Source: Chthonomonadaceae bacterium (GTDB lineage Bacteria > Armatimonadota > Chthonomonadetes > Chthonomonadales > Chthonomonadaceae). From it: 38,135 nt of DNA. The DNA lies in NCBI GenBank assembly GCA_043757795.1, contig JAYVOT010001068.1:1-38135 (forward strand). Direction: 5' to 3'. Each line of letters begins with the position of its first letter. The first letter of the stretch is position 1. Shown piece after piece: positions 7,941 through 17,321 of the stretch. The notes under the pieces are model-generated. The model had not been told where the DNA came from, searched no databases, and saw only the letters and a list, made by a program, of their open reading frames with translations. The position numbers and the translations under genes were made by a program.

Positions 7941-10900
7941 CTACTTACCGTGACATTGCTTGTACTTCTTACCGCTTCCGCACCAGCAGGCGTCGTTTCT
8001 GCCGCCCTTCCAGTCTGCAGGAGCCTCCGTATCTTTCTTCTTGCCGCCGCCTGAGCTTGGAGGCGCGGGCGTCGCCATGCCGTTCATGCTGAGGATGCGG
8101 GGCTGTTCCATCTGCGGCAGGTCGGTGAAGCGCGGGAGACCTTCCGGCAAAGAGGTGTCGATCTGCAGATTCTCTTCAGGCAACTGAATTTGAACGTGGT
8201 AGATGCCCTTGACGATGTCGTCCTGAATCGACTGTTGCATCCGCTCGAACTCCTCGAACGCCTCTTTTTGATAGATCAGCAAGGGGTCCTTCTGCTCATA
8301 ACCGCGCAGTCCGATGCCCTCTCGCAGGTAGTCCATGTTCGCGAGGTGCTCCATCCATCGGGAGTTGACCGCTCGAAGCGCCATCCAGCGCTCCAGTTCG
8401 CGCATCGTTTCGCTGCCCTGAAGCTCATTGAAATGCTCTTCTCGAGCTTGATAGACGTTCACACAATGACTGTGCAGGAACTCGACCAGTTGCGAATGGG
8501 TTTTCCCGTGCAGGTCTTCCTCGACGACTGCCGGGGTGAGCGCGAAGAATTCGTCCATCTCCGCGTACAACTCAGCGAGATTCCACTCCGAGGAGGGAAT
8601 CCCTTCCGGGGCGTGAAGCGCAACGCTGCTCGTGATGTTCTGTTCGACATAGATCAAGATCGTGTCGTGGAGATTCACGCCCTCCAGAATTCGGCGGCGT
8701 TCCCGATAGATCAGCTCGCGCTGTCGGTTCATCACGTCGTCGTAGTTCAAAACGTGTTTGCGCGACTCGAAATAGTGTCCTTCAACCTTCTTTTGCGCGT
8801 TCTGAATCATGCCTGAGAGGAAAGGAGTGTCCATCGAAAGGTTCACTTCCCACGTCTTGAGGAGGGGGTGGTTCGCTCTGTCTCCGAATAGTCTCCAAAG
8901 TTCATCTTCCAGCGAGACGAAGAACCGGCTCTCTCCGGGGTCGCCCTGTCGTCCGGCGCGTCCTCGCAACTGATTGTCAATTCGTCGGCTCTCGTGTCGC
9001 TCCGTACCCAGAATGTAGAGTCCGCCCAGCTTGATGACTTCTTGTCCTGCTTTTTTATGCTCTTCGTCCGTCAGCGCTCCGGTTGTCACTGCATCGAGCA
9101 CTCCCGGTCTTCCGTAGCGTCGGTAACCTCTGTCATCGCCGCTTACTGCCAGCGAACCTGACTCTTCGTCGTCATCCTCGTCTCGGGCGGTCTCCGTAAA
9201 CTTCGCAATTTCTCGCATCGATTTTTCGCTGCCGTCAACGGAGGGAAGTTCCTGATTGATGTGCTTGCCGCCGAGCAGAATATCGACGCCTCGCCCCGCC
9301 ATGTTGGTGGCGATCGTGATGGCGCCTTTTCGTCCTGCTTCCGCGATAATGACCGCTTCCTGTTCGTGATATTTCGCGTTCAGGATGTTATGTCCGATGC
9401 CGTGTTGAAGAGCGTCTTCCAGCCTCTCAAGTCCGTCATTGTTGATCTCGAAGATTCGCGCGATCTCGGCTTTGTTCTCCGGCGATAGCGGGTCATCACT
9501 GAGTCCCAACTCTTTCAAAATCGGTCGGAGGACGCCCATCGTCAGCGGATTCATTCGCTTGTTGACGATTTTGCCGTTCTCTTCCATGTCCATCGTCCAG
9601 GGTTCGGAGGACATATTCAATCCGGCGGTCCACTGATTACGCTTATCCGCCGGGAACGATTTATCGCCTTCGAGCTTCATTCTCGCGACTTCCGTCATCA
9701 CGAGCGTTCGCAGGCTCTGCGGGGTCATTCTTGCGGACACTCGTTCGCTCATCTCGATAGAGCGAGTACCGACGAGAAGAGGTTGCTTTTTACAGTAAAT
9801 TCGTAGAATCTCCGCAACAATCCCTCGAAGTTTGTGCTCTTCGGCTTTGTAGATGATGTCGGAGCCGTCTTTGCGCTGAATAGGTTTGTTGGTGGGAACC
9901 TGAACGACATCGAGGGCGTAGATTTTTCGGAACTCGTCTTCTTCCGTTTTTGCGGTTCCCGTCATTCCTCCGAGCTTCGCATAGAGGCGGAAATAGTTCT
10001 GAAAGGTGATCGTCGCAAGCGTCTGACTCTCGTTCTTGACCTCGACATGCTCTTTCGCTTCGATCGCCTGATGCAGTCCGTCGCTGTAACGCCGTCCGAA
10101 CATAAGACGCCCGGTGTTCTCATCGACGATGATGATCTCCGGCCCCTCGCCGTTGTCTTTCACCACGTAGTCGATGTCTTTTCGGAAGACGCCGTGCGCT
10201 TTCAAGCTCGCCTGAAGGTAGTGCATCATCTCATGATTGTCGGAGAGGTTCTCGACATCCAGCTCTTTTTCAACCCTTGTCACTCCGGCATCCGTAATCG
10301 TCGCAGTTTTGGACTTCTCATCCACCACGTAGTGGATATGAGATTTATGTTTGTCGGCTTCCGGATTGTCTTTGTCTTTTTTCGGGTCATCGATCCCTTT
10401 TTTCAGTTTGGAGGTGATCTTGTCAATGATATTGTAGCGTTCGGTGGACTGCTCCACCATTCCTGAAATAATCAATGGGGTTCGCGCTTCATCGATCAGA
10501 ATGGAGTCCACTTCGTCGACGATGGCGAAATGAAGTTCTCGTTGAACAAGCTCGTCTTTGCTGAACGCCATATTGTCGCGCAGATAGTCAAAGCCGTACT
10601 CATTGTTCGTTCCGTAGGTGATGTCGCAGGCGTAAGCCTCTTTGCGGGAGACAGGTCGCGCCGAGTCGTATCGAGATTCTTCACCTATGAAGTCCGGATC
10701 ATAAATATAGCTTCCGCCCTCATCGCCGGTTTCCGGCGATTGCCCTTGAATGATGCCGACGCTCATGCCGAGCAGGTGATAGATCGGTCCGTTCCAGACG
10801 GCGTCTCTTTTGGACAAATAGTCGTTGGCAGTAACGAGGTGGGAGCCTTTTCCCATGAGCGCGTTGAGGTATAAGGGGGCGGTCGCGACGAGGGTTTTGC

Positions 10901-11309
10901 CTTCTCCTGTTCTCATCTCCGCGATTCTGCCGTCGTGCAGCACCATTCCGCCGATCATCTGCACGTCGTAGTGTCGAAGTCGAATCGTTCGTTTGGAGGC
11001 TTCGCGAACCATCGCGAAGGCTTCCGGCAAAACCTGATCCAGGACGGTGTCGAAAATTTCTCGGTCGGCCTCTCGCTTTTTCTGGTCGATGAGAGTCGCC
11101 CAGCCTGGCTCCGCCGCCTCGCGTCTTTTTTTATAGGCGGCTTGCACCCGCAGTTTGAGGTCTTCGGTTTTAGCGCGAAGCTCCTCGTCCGTGAGTTTCT
11201 CCATGGCGGCTTCGTAGGTATTGATTTTTGCGGAGACGACCTTGTATTTCTCTATTTCGCGAGCATTGGCGTCAAAAAACTTTTTGATAAAATCTGGCAG
11301 AGCAACCAT
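7941..11309 (-). CDS. secA: Preprotein translocase ATPase SecA (long form, 1122 aa)
   Basis: MRTGEGKTLVAT Walker A, DEVDSILIDEARTPLIISG, TNMAGRGVDI, GTERHESRRIDNQLRGRAGRQGDPG, and a C-terminal SEC-C zinc motif CWCGSGKKYKQCHGK. Confidence 0.98.
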   Translation of the reverse strand: MVALPDFIKKFFDANAREIEKYKVVSAKINTYEAAMEKLTDEELRAKTEDLKLRVQAAYKKRREAAEPGWATLIDQKKREADREIFDTVLDQVLPEAFAMVREASKRTIRLRHYDVQMIGGMVLHDGRIAEMRTGEGKTLVATAPLYLNALMGKGSHLVTANDYLSKRDAVWNGPIYHLLGMSVGIIQGQSPETGDEGGSYIYDPDFIGEESRYDSARPVSRKEAYACDITYGTNNEYGFDYLRDNMAFSKDELVQRELHFAIVDEVDSILIDEARTPLIISGMVEQSTERYNIIDKITSKLKKGIDDPKKDKDNPEADKHKSHIHYVVDEKSKTATITDAGVTRVEKELDVENLSDNHEMMHYLQASLKAHGVFRKDIDYVVKDNGEGPEIIIVDENTGRLMFGRRYSDGLHQAIEAKEHVEVKNESQTLATITFQNYFRLYAKLGGMTGTAKTEEDEFRKIYALDVVQVPTNKPIQRKDGSDIIYKAEEHKLRGIVAEILRIYCKKQPLLVGTRSIEMSERVSARMTPQSLRTLVMTEVARMKLEGDKSFPADKRNQWTAGLNMSSEPWTMDMEENGKIVNKRMNPLTMGVLRPILKELGLSDDPLSPENKAEIARIFEINNDGLERLEDALQHGIGHNILNAKYHEQEAVIIAEAGRKGAITIATNMAGRGVDILLGGKHINQELPSVDGSEKSMREIAKFTETARDEDDDEESGSLAVSGDDRGYRRYGRPGVLDAVTTGALTDEEHKKAGQEVIKLGGLYILGTERHESRRIDNQLRGRAGRQGDPGESRFFVSLEDELWRLFGDRANHPLLKTWEVNLSMDTPFLSGMIQNAQKKVEGHYFESRKHVLNYDDVMNRQRELIYRERRRILEGVNLHDTILIYVEQNITSSVALHAPEGIPSSEWNLAELYAEMDEFFALTPAVVEEDLHGKTHSQLVEFLHSHCVNVYQAREEHFNELQGSETMRELERWMALRAVNSRWMEHLANMDYLREGIGLRGYEQKDPLLIYQKEAFEEFERMQQSIQDDIVKGIYHVQIQLPEENLQIDTSLPEGLPRFTDLPQMEQPRILSMNGMATPAPPSSGGGKKKDTEAPADWKGGRNDACWCGSGKKYKQCHGK

Positions 11310-11823
11310 GATGGACGTATACCTCAGTAAAAATCGGCGTCGCTTCAGGGGCGCGAGGCGATTGGATTGGACAATGATTTGGGAAAATTAGCTAGGTTGG
11401 ACGATAGTCGATCAATGCAACCAAACCAGTATACCCTTAGACTTCCCTTCTGCCTATACGTTTTAAAGTATGCATTGGGTTCCTACTAAAAAGGTTGTCG
11501 GCGCTTTGGGAGAGAATCCGCAATTGGGGGCAAAATGCGGACCTCCTCAAAATGAGCGTTGCGAAAACAGGGTAAAATGAAACACGTTCTTCAATTTCGT
11601 TAGCGTCTCTTCCTGGACTATGTTCTTCTTCTCGAGCCGAGTCCGAGAGCCGATAAGTTTTTACTTGTCCCTTTCACTGACTTGAATGGAAGTCAATTGC
11701 CGATACCCGATCGTCTCGACATAAAGTATCTGTGATGAATCTGGAAAATGGAATCGTATTTATCCGGAATATCCCGCCAATAAATCGTATTGAACAGAAA
11801 TTTTGACGCATGAAAGGATGACA

Positions 11824-12471
11824 ATGAAGCTCCCACCGAATTGCAAACTTTTGATGATCGGAGACTCGATCACGGATGCGGGGCGGGAACGACCTGCCGG
11901 CGAAGGGCTATTCGACGCGCTTGGCAAGGGCTACGTCGCACAAGTGAACGCCTTGCTCGGAGTCGCTCACCCGGAGCTGGGGATACGAGTCGTGAATATG
12001 GGAAATAGCGGCAATACCGTTCGGGACTTGAAGCACAGGTGGCACGCCGACGTGGTCGCGCACAAGCCGGATTGGCTCTCCATCTGCATCGGCGTCAACG
12101 ACGTGTGGCGGCAGTATGATCTGCCCTGGCAAAAGGAGTTGCACGTCTATCCGAAAGAGTACGAAGAGACTTTGGAGGCGCTCGTCGTCGAAACCTTGCC
12201 GCTCGTCAAGGGCATGATCCTGATGACTCCCTTCTACATTGAGCCGAACAAGAGCGACGCGATGCGGGCGACAATGGACGAGTACGGCGAGATCGTTCGG
12301 AAGCTGGCTGTAAAGCATGGAACCCTCTTCGTCGATACGCAAGCGGCGTTCGACGAAGTTTTGAAGACGTTTTACCCGGCGACTCTCAGTTGGGATCGCG
12401 TGCATCCCAACCCCATCGGAACGATGGTCATCGCACGCGCTTTTTTGAAGACGATAGAGTTTGAATGGTAG
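11824..12471 (+). CDS. SGNH/GDSL family hydrolase
   Basis: LLMIGDSITDAGR block I motif, GNSGNT, and WDRVHP at the C-terminus. I chose ATG 11824 (AAGGA 5 nt upstream); the track ORF starts at TTG 11803. Confidence 0.88.
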   Translation: MKLPPNCKLLMIGDSITDAGRERPAGEGLFDALGKGYVAQVNALLGVAHPELGIRVVNMGNSGNTVRDLKHRWHADVVAHKPDWLSICIGVNDVWRQYDLPWQKELHVYPKEYEETLEALVVETLPLVKGMILMTPFYIEPNKSDAMRATMDEYGEIVRKLAVKHGTLFVDTQAAFDEVLKTFYPATLSWDRVHPNPIGTMVIARAFLKTIEFEW

Positions 12472-12504
12472 CTGACAATCGCACTACGCGAAGAATGGAA
12501 CGAC

Positions 12505-13560
12505 ATGACTGTGACTGAAGCGCAGGTTCGGGAGGCTTTGAAAGCGGTTCAAGACCCCGACCTGCATAAAGATATCGTAACTCTGGGGTTCGTGAAAGAC
12601 GTTTTGATCGAAGGAGGATTCGTCTCCTTCAAGATCGAATTGACGACGCCCGCCTGTCCGGTGAAAGACTTGTTGAAAAATCAAGCGCACGATGCGGTGA
12701 CGGCGCTCCCTGGAGTCGAGCGCGTCGAAATCGAAATGACCGCTCGCGTGCAGGGGCGAACCGGACCTGCAGAGGAGATGTTGCCGGGAGTTCGGCATGT
12801 CATCGCGATCGCAAGCGGAAAGGGGGGCGTCGGCAAAAGCACACTCTCCGTTAATCTCGCAGTCGCCCTCGCGCAGACGGGCGCAAAAGTCGCGCTTTTG
12901 GATGCGGACATTTACGGACCTACGATTCCGCTGATGATGGGAAACAAGCAACGCCCGCTGATGACTCAGACTGAAACGGGAACGAAGATCGTCCCGTTAT
13001 TGGCGCACGGCGTTCTGACGATGTCGCTCGGATCCCTGCTCGAACCGGATAAAGCGGTCGCCTGGCGGGGACCAATGGTGGCAGGCGCCGTCCGACAACT
13101 CCTCGGCGACGTGCTATGGGGCGAACAAGACTACCTCCTTGTGGATCTTCCTCCCGGCACGGGCGACGCCCCGATGTCGCTCGCGCAACTCGTCCCTCTT
13201 TCCGGCGTCGTCATCGTGATGACCCCCCAACAGGTAGCGCAGGAGATCGCAAACAAGTCGATTTTGATGTTTCGAATGTTGGAGCAGACTCAGAAAAAAT
13301 CGATCCCGATTCTGGGGATCGTCGAGAATATGAGCGGCTCGATTTTCGGAACAGGCGGCGGGGAGAGCGCGGCTGAGCGCCTGAAAGTCCCGTTCTTGGG
13401 GCGTATTCCCCTCGATTCTACGATTTGCGAGGGCGGCGACGCCGGACAACCTGTGACTGTGAGCGACAAAGAGGGCGACTCCGCGAAACGCTTCCGGGAG
13501 ATCGCCTCCCAACTCGCCGCTCAACTGAGCATCTTGCGCTATGAGGAGCAGGAGGGATAG
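12505..13560 (+). CDS. apbC: Mrp/ApbC/NBP35 family Fe-S cluster carrier ATPase
   Basis: N-terminal DUF59-like VQDPDLHKDIVTLGFV, deviant Walker A IASGKGGVGKST, and the LLVDLPPGTGD motif. Confidence 0.93.
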   Translation: MTVTEAQVREALKAVQDPDLHKDIVTLGFVKDVLIEGGFVSFKIELTTPACPVKDLLKNQAHDAVTALPGVERVEIEMTARVQGRTGPAEEMLPGVRHVIAIASGKGGVGKSTLSVNLAVALAQTGAKVALLDADIYGPTIPLMMGNKQRPLMTQTETGTKIVPLLAHGVLTMSLGSLLEPDKAVAWRGPMVAGAVRQLLGDVLWGEQDYLLVDLPPGTGDAPMSLAQLVPLSGVVIVMTPQQVAQEIANKSILMFRMLEQTQKKSIPILGIVENMSGSIFGTGGGESAAERLKVPFLGRIPLDSTICEGGDAGQPVTVSDKEGDSAKRFREIASQLAAQLSILRYEEQEG

Positions 13561-13580
13561 GCGGTTTCCCTCATCCCCTA

Positions 13581-13612
13581 GTCCCTCCTGCCGAAGCTTC
13601 GGGAGGAGGGAC
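13581..13612. terminator. Near-perfect palindromic hairpin between convergent apbC and the DinB-like gene
   Basis: gtccctcctgccgaagc/gcttcgggaggagggac, 16/17 complementary, centred on AAGCTT. Confidence 0.5.
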
Positions 13613-13708
13613 GAGATTGCATATCGGGAGTATTTTCAAGGCGCGCCGGGCGCTTATATAGTCGGGTTTTTGCCCCAACGTCAACAACGGCGGGCGCGCC
13701 AAACGCCC

Positions 13709-14233
13709 CTACTCTTTTCGCCACACGCCCCACACGTTCTCTTCCTCCCACTCCTCGTCAAGCTCTTGCCCGGCGACGCGAAACGCAAGAGTCATCACGC
13801 CGTAGTGTCCGCTCTCATGCCAGAGCATGTGTTGCAGGAAGAAAGCCGGGTGGTCATAGGGACCTGCTTGCGTCGCTCCCGAATCGATCAGTTCCCGCAC
13901 CACGTCGCCGACTGCTTTGCCGCTCAAGGTGAGTTGCTTTTTGATCTCATTTAAGTCCGTGATCGCCGTCCAATCGTCCCCGTCATTTGTATATGTTGCT
14001 CCCAGAGGCTCGACGCTCTTCGCGGAAACTTCCTTGAGCCAGCCATAGCGACACTGGTGAATGTGGCAAAGATACTCGCTAATCGTTGAGCCGTCGGGCG
14101 CCGCCTTGAAACCCTTCTCTGCTTCGCCGACCCTTTTGCAAAGATTTCCCAATATGCGAACATGCCGATCCCACGACTCCAAAAACGCCTCCATCGCAAC
14201 CCGCAAACTGTTGGAACTCTCTATTCCGCTCAT
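13709..14233 (-). CDS. DinB/YfiT-like superfamily protein
   Basis: 174-aa ORF. The C-terminal LWHESGHYGVMTLAFRVAG resembles the DinB-family H-x-x-x-H-x-G motif. Family call is by eye. Confidence 0.7.
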   Translation of the reverse strand: MSGIESSNSLRVAMEAFLESWDRHVRILGNLCKRVGEAEKGFKAAPDGSTISEYLCHIHQCRYGWLKEVSAKSVEPLGATYTNDGDDWTAITDLNEIKKQLTLSGKAVGDVVRELIDSGATQAGPYDHPAFFLQHMLWHESGHYGVMTLAFRVAGQELDEEWEEENVWGVWRKE

Positions 14234-14422
14234 TGCTGTCTCCTTCCGGAAATTGAAACATCCTAAAATGTCATTATATGCCTTGCGCTCGCAACTCGTC
14301 CTGCTGCTTGCATCCGACCCCGTGACAAATTAGACAGGTTTACCGGTTTATCCTTCCTGTTCAGGACGATTAGCTTTTGGAAAAACGCCTCTCGATCTCA
14401 TCGAAAAGGCTAAAACAACGCC

Positions 14423-14453
14423 AAAAAAAGCGCTCGATTGCGGCGCTTTTTTT
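14423..14453. terminator. Orphan bidirectional terminator-like hairpin (A7-GCGC...GCGC-T7) in a divergent intergenic region
   Basis: aaaaaaagcgctcgattgcggcgcttttttt. The GC stem is short, and no annotated gene ends here. Confidence 0.4.
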
Positions 14454-14815
14454 GACATTCGCTATCCTTTGTAAACAGGATTCCCAGAGATAAATTCCCG
14501 CTCTCGGCGGCGTATCACTGTCAGCGCTTCGCACAGGAGGGAGGCTTCCGGATCGTTTGCGATGCACAGACAGCGCGAAGCGCTACAGTATCAGAGTTTT
14601 AACACCCTGGGAATTTGATTGCCGCATATTTCAGCCGCCTCTCATGCAATCCGGGTTCAAAGCGCCGGACTACGTGAATTTTGCCAGTATAATTGAGTCT
14701 ATTATTTTGGAGCGTTGCCTTAGCCCACAAAAGCCTGCTCACATCGACTTCCCGAAGTAGACGACCAGGCAATCTCGTTCGTATTAACTGTATTCTACTA
14801 ACGCAGGAGTGACAT

Positions 14816-15649
14816 ATGAGCCATATTTGGTTGATCACGGGATGTTCGTCAGGGTTCGGATATGAGTTAGCTTTAAAGGCGGCGGAGGCGGGAGATAAGG
14901 TGATAGCGACCGCTCGCAACATCGAATCGCTAAACGAACTTGCCGAATTGCACCCGGACAGTCTAACCGCGATGACATTAGATGTGACGAATCCGGAGCA
15001 GGTGAAAAAGGTTGTTTCAGAGGCCGCAGAAATATACCGTGGTATCGATGTTGTCGTGAATAACGCGGGTTACGGGCTAATCGGGGCGCTTGAGGAGTAT
15101 GACGAGGCACAGATAGTACGCAGTTTTGAAACTAATTTCTTCGGAACCTTGCGCGTGATGCGAGCCGTTCTCCCGATCTTCAGGGAACAAAAAAGCGGAC
15201 ATTTCATCAACATGTCCGCTATCGCAGGCTTCGAAAATCATCCCGGTTTCAGCGTCTACGGAGGCGCAAAGGCGGCTCTCGACTCCGCATCAGATGCCTT
15301 GAAAGAGGAAGTCGCGCCATTGGGAATTAAGGTCACCGTCGTCGTGCCGGGTCCCTTTCGCACAGACTTCATTTCACGGTCGCTTGATAAAACTGAGGTC
15401 AAGCTACCGGACTACACCAGAACAAGCGGCAAGTTCCAAAAAATATTGGAGTCGATAGACGGCAAGCAACAGGGCGATCCCGAAAAAGCGGCGGAGATCA
15501 TCGTGCGAATGGTGAAGGACGGCAAGGCTCCCTCTCGGCTTTTCCTCGGAAAATATGCGATGGACAAAGCGCGAAACAAGATGAGGGCGATAGAAAGAGA
15601 CTTGCAGGAGTGGGAGGCGGAATCGTTGAGCGCGGATTTCGCGCTCTGA
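14816..15649 (+). CDS. Short-chain dehydrogenase/reductase (SDR) family oxidoreductase
   Basis: AGGAG RBS. ITGCSSGFG (TGxxxGxG), NNAG, and the YGGAK (YxxxK) catalytic motif. Confidence 0.92.
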   Translation: MSHIWLITGCSSGFGYELALKAAEAGDKVIATARNIESLNELAELHPDSLTAMTLDVTNPEQVKKVVSEAAEIYRGIDVVVNNAGYGLIGALEEYDEAQIVRSFETNFFGTLRVMRAVLPIFREQKSGHFINMSAIAGFENHPGFSVYGGAKAALDSASDALKEEVAPLGIKVTVVVPGPFRTDFISRSLDKTEVKLPDYTRTSGKFQKILESIDGKQQGDPEKAAEIIVRMVKDGKAPSRLFLGKYAMDKARNKMRAIERDLQEWEAESLSADFAL

Positions 15650-15795
15650 TATCTCGCGGGGCTACGCCTCATGTAGACAGATATAGCGAATTTTTGCCGA
15701 CTGTCACTAGCGAGAGCCGGGCAATAAATTACCCGGATATCTGGCGTTTTGTCTCCGTGCAACAAATTACACGGCTCGAAGGCGTTCCGCATAGC

Positions 15796-15845
15796 GTCCT
15801 TCGGCCGCGATGCAAGCGCCTCCGGCGCTCCCGTGTCCGAAGGAC
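15796..15845. terminator. Nested stem-loop between the convergent SDR and sulfatase-like genes
   Basis: GTCCTTCGG...CCGAAGGAC encloses GCGCC-tcc-GGCGC. Confidence 0.35.
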
Positions 15846-15929
15846 GCCCATTGACTGGACGAGGGTTTTCAATCCCCGTCTCAATAGCGCTCCGCCAATT
15901 GTCTCGTCTTCACAGACTTGAACGTTGCA

Positions 15930-17321
15930 TTACTCTCGGCTCTCGGCTTGCAACTTTGCGGCGGCGCCCGGGTCACCGATATGCATCGTATCGTAGGCTT
16001 GTTGGGAGGTATTGAAGGGGCCGACTCCCGTGTGCCCATGCCAATCCCCCTGCGTGAGCATCGGGTTGACGATCCCTTCCTCGCCCTCTCTCTTTGCGAT
16101 CCACGCCTCCATCTTTCCTCTTAGCAGGGCGACTACTTCCGGTTGCGACGCCGCCAAATTGCTGTTCTCCGCCGGGTCCTCAATCAAATTGTAGAGTTCG
16201 ACCTCCGGCTTGAAGTGGAAATCCGGCTCAAGCGCGACAATCAGTTTCCAATGAGGAGTGCGCCAGCCGTGCTTTCGCATCCAGGTGCATTCGGTAATGT
16301 AGAATTCGCTTTCATGCGAAGCGACTTCGCCGTTTGCCAACGGAATCAGGCTAACGCCCTCGAACTTCTCAGCGCACTCGATTCCGGCAAGCTCAAGCAA
16401 GGTGGGAACAAGGTCTTTGTGTTGCGAAAAACCAGACACTCGTTTGCCGGCGGGAACTTTGCCGGGATAGCGAATGATGAGCGGGACATGAAGCGTGTTG
16501 TCATAAATCCCATGATGATCGAACCAGCAATCGTGGTCGTAAAGAGTTTCCCCGTGATCCCCGTTCAAAACCACAATAGTCTCATCGAGAATTCCGTGCG
16601 TTTCGAGAGCGGTGAATATACGCTGAATGCATGCGTCCATATAGGCGATAGCGCCGTCGTATTGCGCGATCACATAGTCTTTGTCGCTAATTCCGGGCGG
16701 CATCCAACTTGCGAAAAAATCGCGAAAGGGCTTGAAACTCATCACCGGTTCCATGCTTTTGTTGGCGGGATCGCTCTCGTTTCCGTGATAAAACATTCGT
16801 TCGTAAGGTGCGGGGGGCAGATAGGGCGCATGCGGATCCATGTGGCGCAAGAAGAGAAAGAAAGGCGCTTCGCCTGCGGCAAGCCTGTCCAATTCCGGCA
16901 ACGCCGTTTCGTTCAAGCTCTCCGCCTTCGGGCTTCTGCCCTCGTTCCAGCTTCCCCAACTTGGATAGTCCAGGTACTTGTCGAAGCCGCGCGAACTCGG
17001 ATTGCCCGTGAATCCGACGCACGTCGTGGCGTATCCCGCCTCTCGCAAAATCTCCGGGAGCGTTTTGACCTCCGCCCTCAACGGACCCTGATGCCGGAGC
17101 GCCACTACGTGCGTCCCGAAAGCGTCCCGACCCGTCAACATGGAGGCGTAGGCGCTAGTCGTGGGGATGTGAGGGCTGAAATTCCGTTCAAATAGGGTTC
17201 CAGTTTTCGCGAATCGATCAATATGCGGCGTCGTTTGCCGATGATAACCGTAGCAAGACATGTGGTCTGCAAGCAAGCTGTCTATTCCGAACAGCACGAT
17301 ATTGGGTCTCTTATCTGACAT
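15930..17321 (-). CDS. Sulfatase-like (alkaline-phosphatase superfamily) hydrolase/transferase
   Basis: GGAGG RBS. N-terminal PNIVLFGIDSLLADHMSCYG...TPHIDRFA...MLTGR is typical of the sulfatase fold. The expected C/S-x-P-x-R position reads T-T-S-A-Y. Confidence 0.9.
   Translation of the reverse strand: MSDKRPNIVLFGIDSLLADHMSCYGYHRQTTPHIDRFAKTGTLFERNFSPHIPTTSAYASMLTGRDAFGTHVVALRHQGPLRAEVKTLPEILREAGYATTCVGFTGNPSSRGFDKYLDYPSWGSWNEGRSPKAESLNETALPELDRLAAGEAPFFLFLRHMDPHAPYLPPAPYERMFYHGNESDPANKSMEPVMSFKPFRDFFASWMPPGISDKDYVIAQYDGAIAYMDACIQRIFTALETHGILDETIVVLNGDHGETLYDHDCWFDHHGIYDNTLHVPLIIRYPGKVPAGKRVSGFSQHKDLVPTLLELAGIECAEKFEGVSLIPLANGEVASHESEFYITECTWMRKHGWRTPHWKLIVALEPDFHFKPEVELYNLIEDPAENSNLAASQPEVVALLRGKMEAWIAKREGEEGIVNPMLTQGDWHGHTGVGPFNTSQQAYDTMHIGDPGAAAKLQAESRE

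Noticed and set aside
8190-11330. Several 60-210 aa ORFs antisense to secA (8190..8816, 9834..10466, 10530..10874, 10935..11330). Similar ORFs lie antisense to apbC, the SGNH gene, the NHL gene and the Fic gene.
   Set aside because: All lie entirely within, and antisense to, genes with strong homology signatures. These are typical shadow frames.
16143-17195. A 350-aa ORF antisense to the sulfatase-like gene (mirror at 20942..21994).
   Set aside because: It is a shadow ORF in GC-rich coding DNA. The protein is Arg/Val-rich and low in information, it has no RBS, and the opposite strand has clear family motifs.
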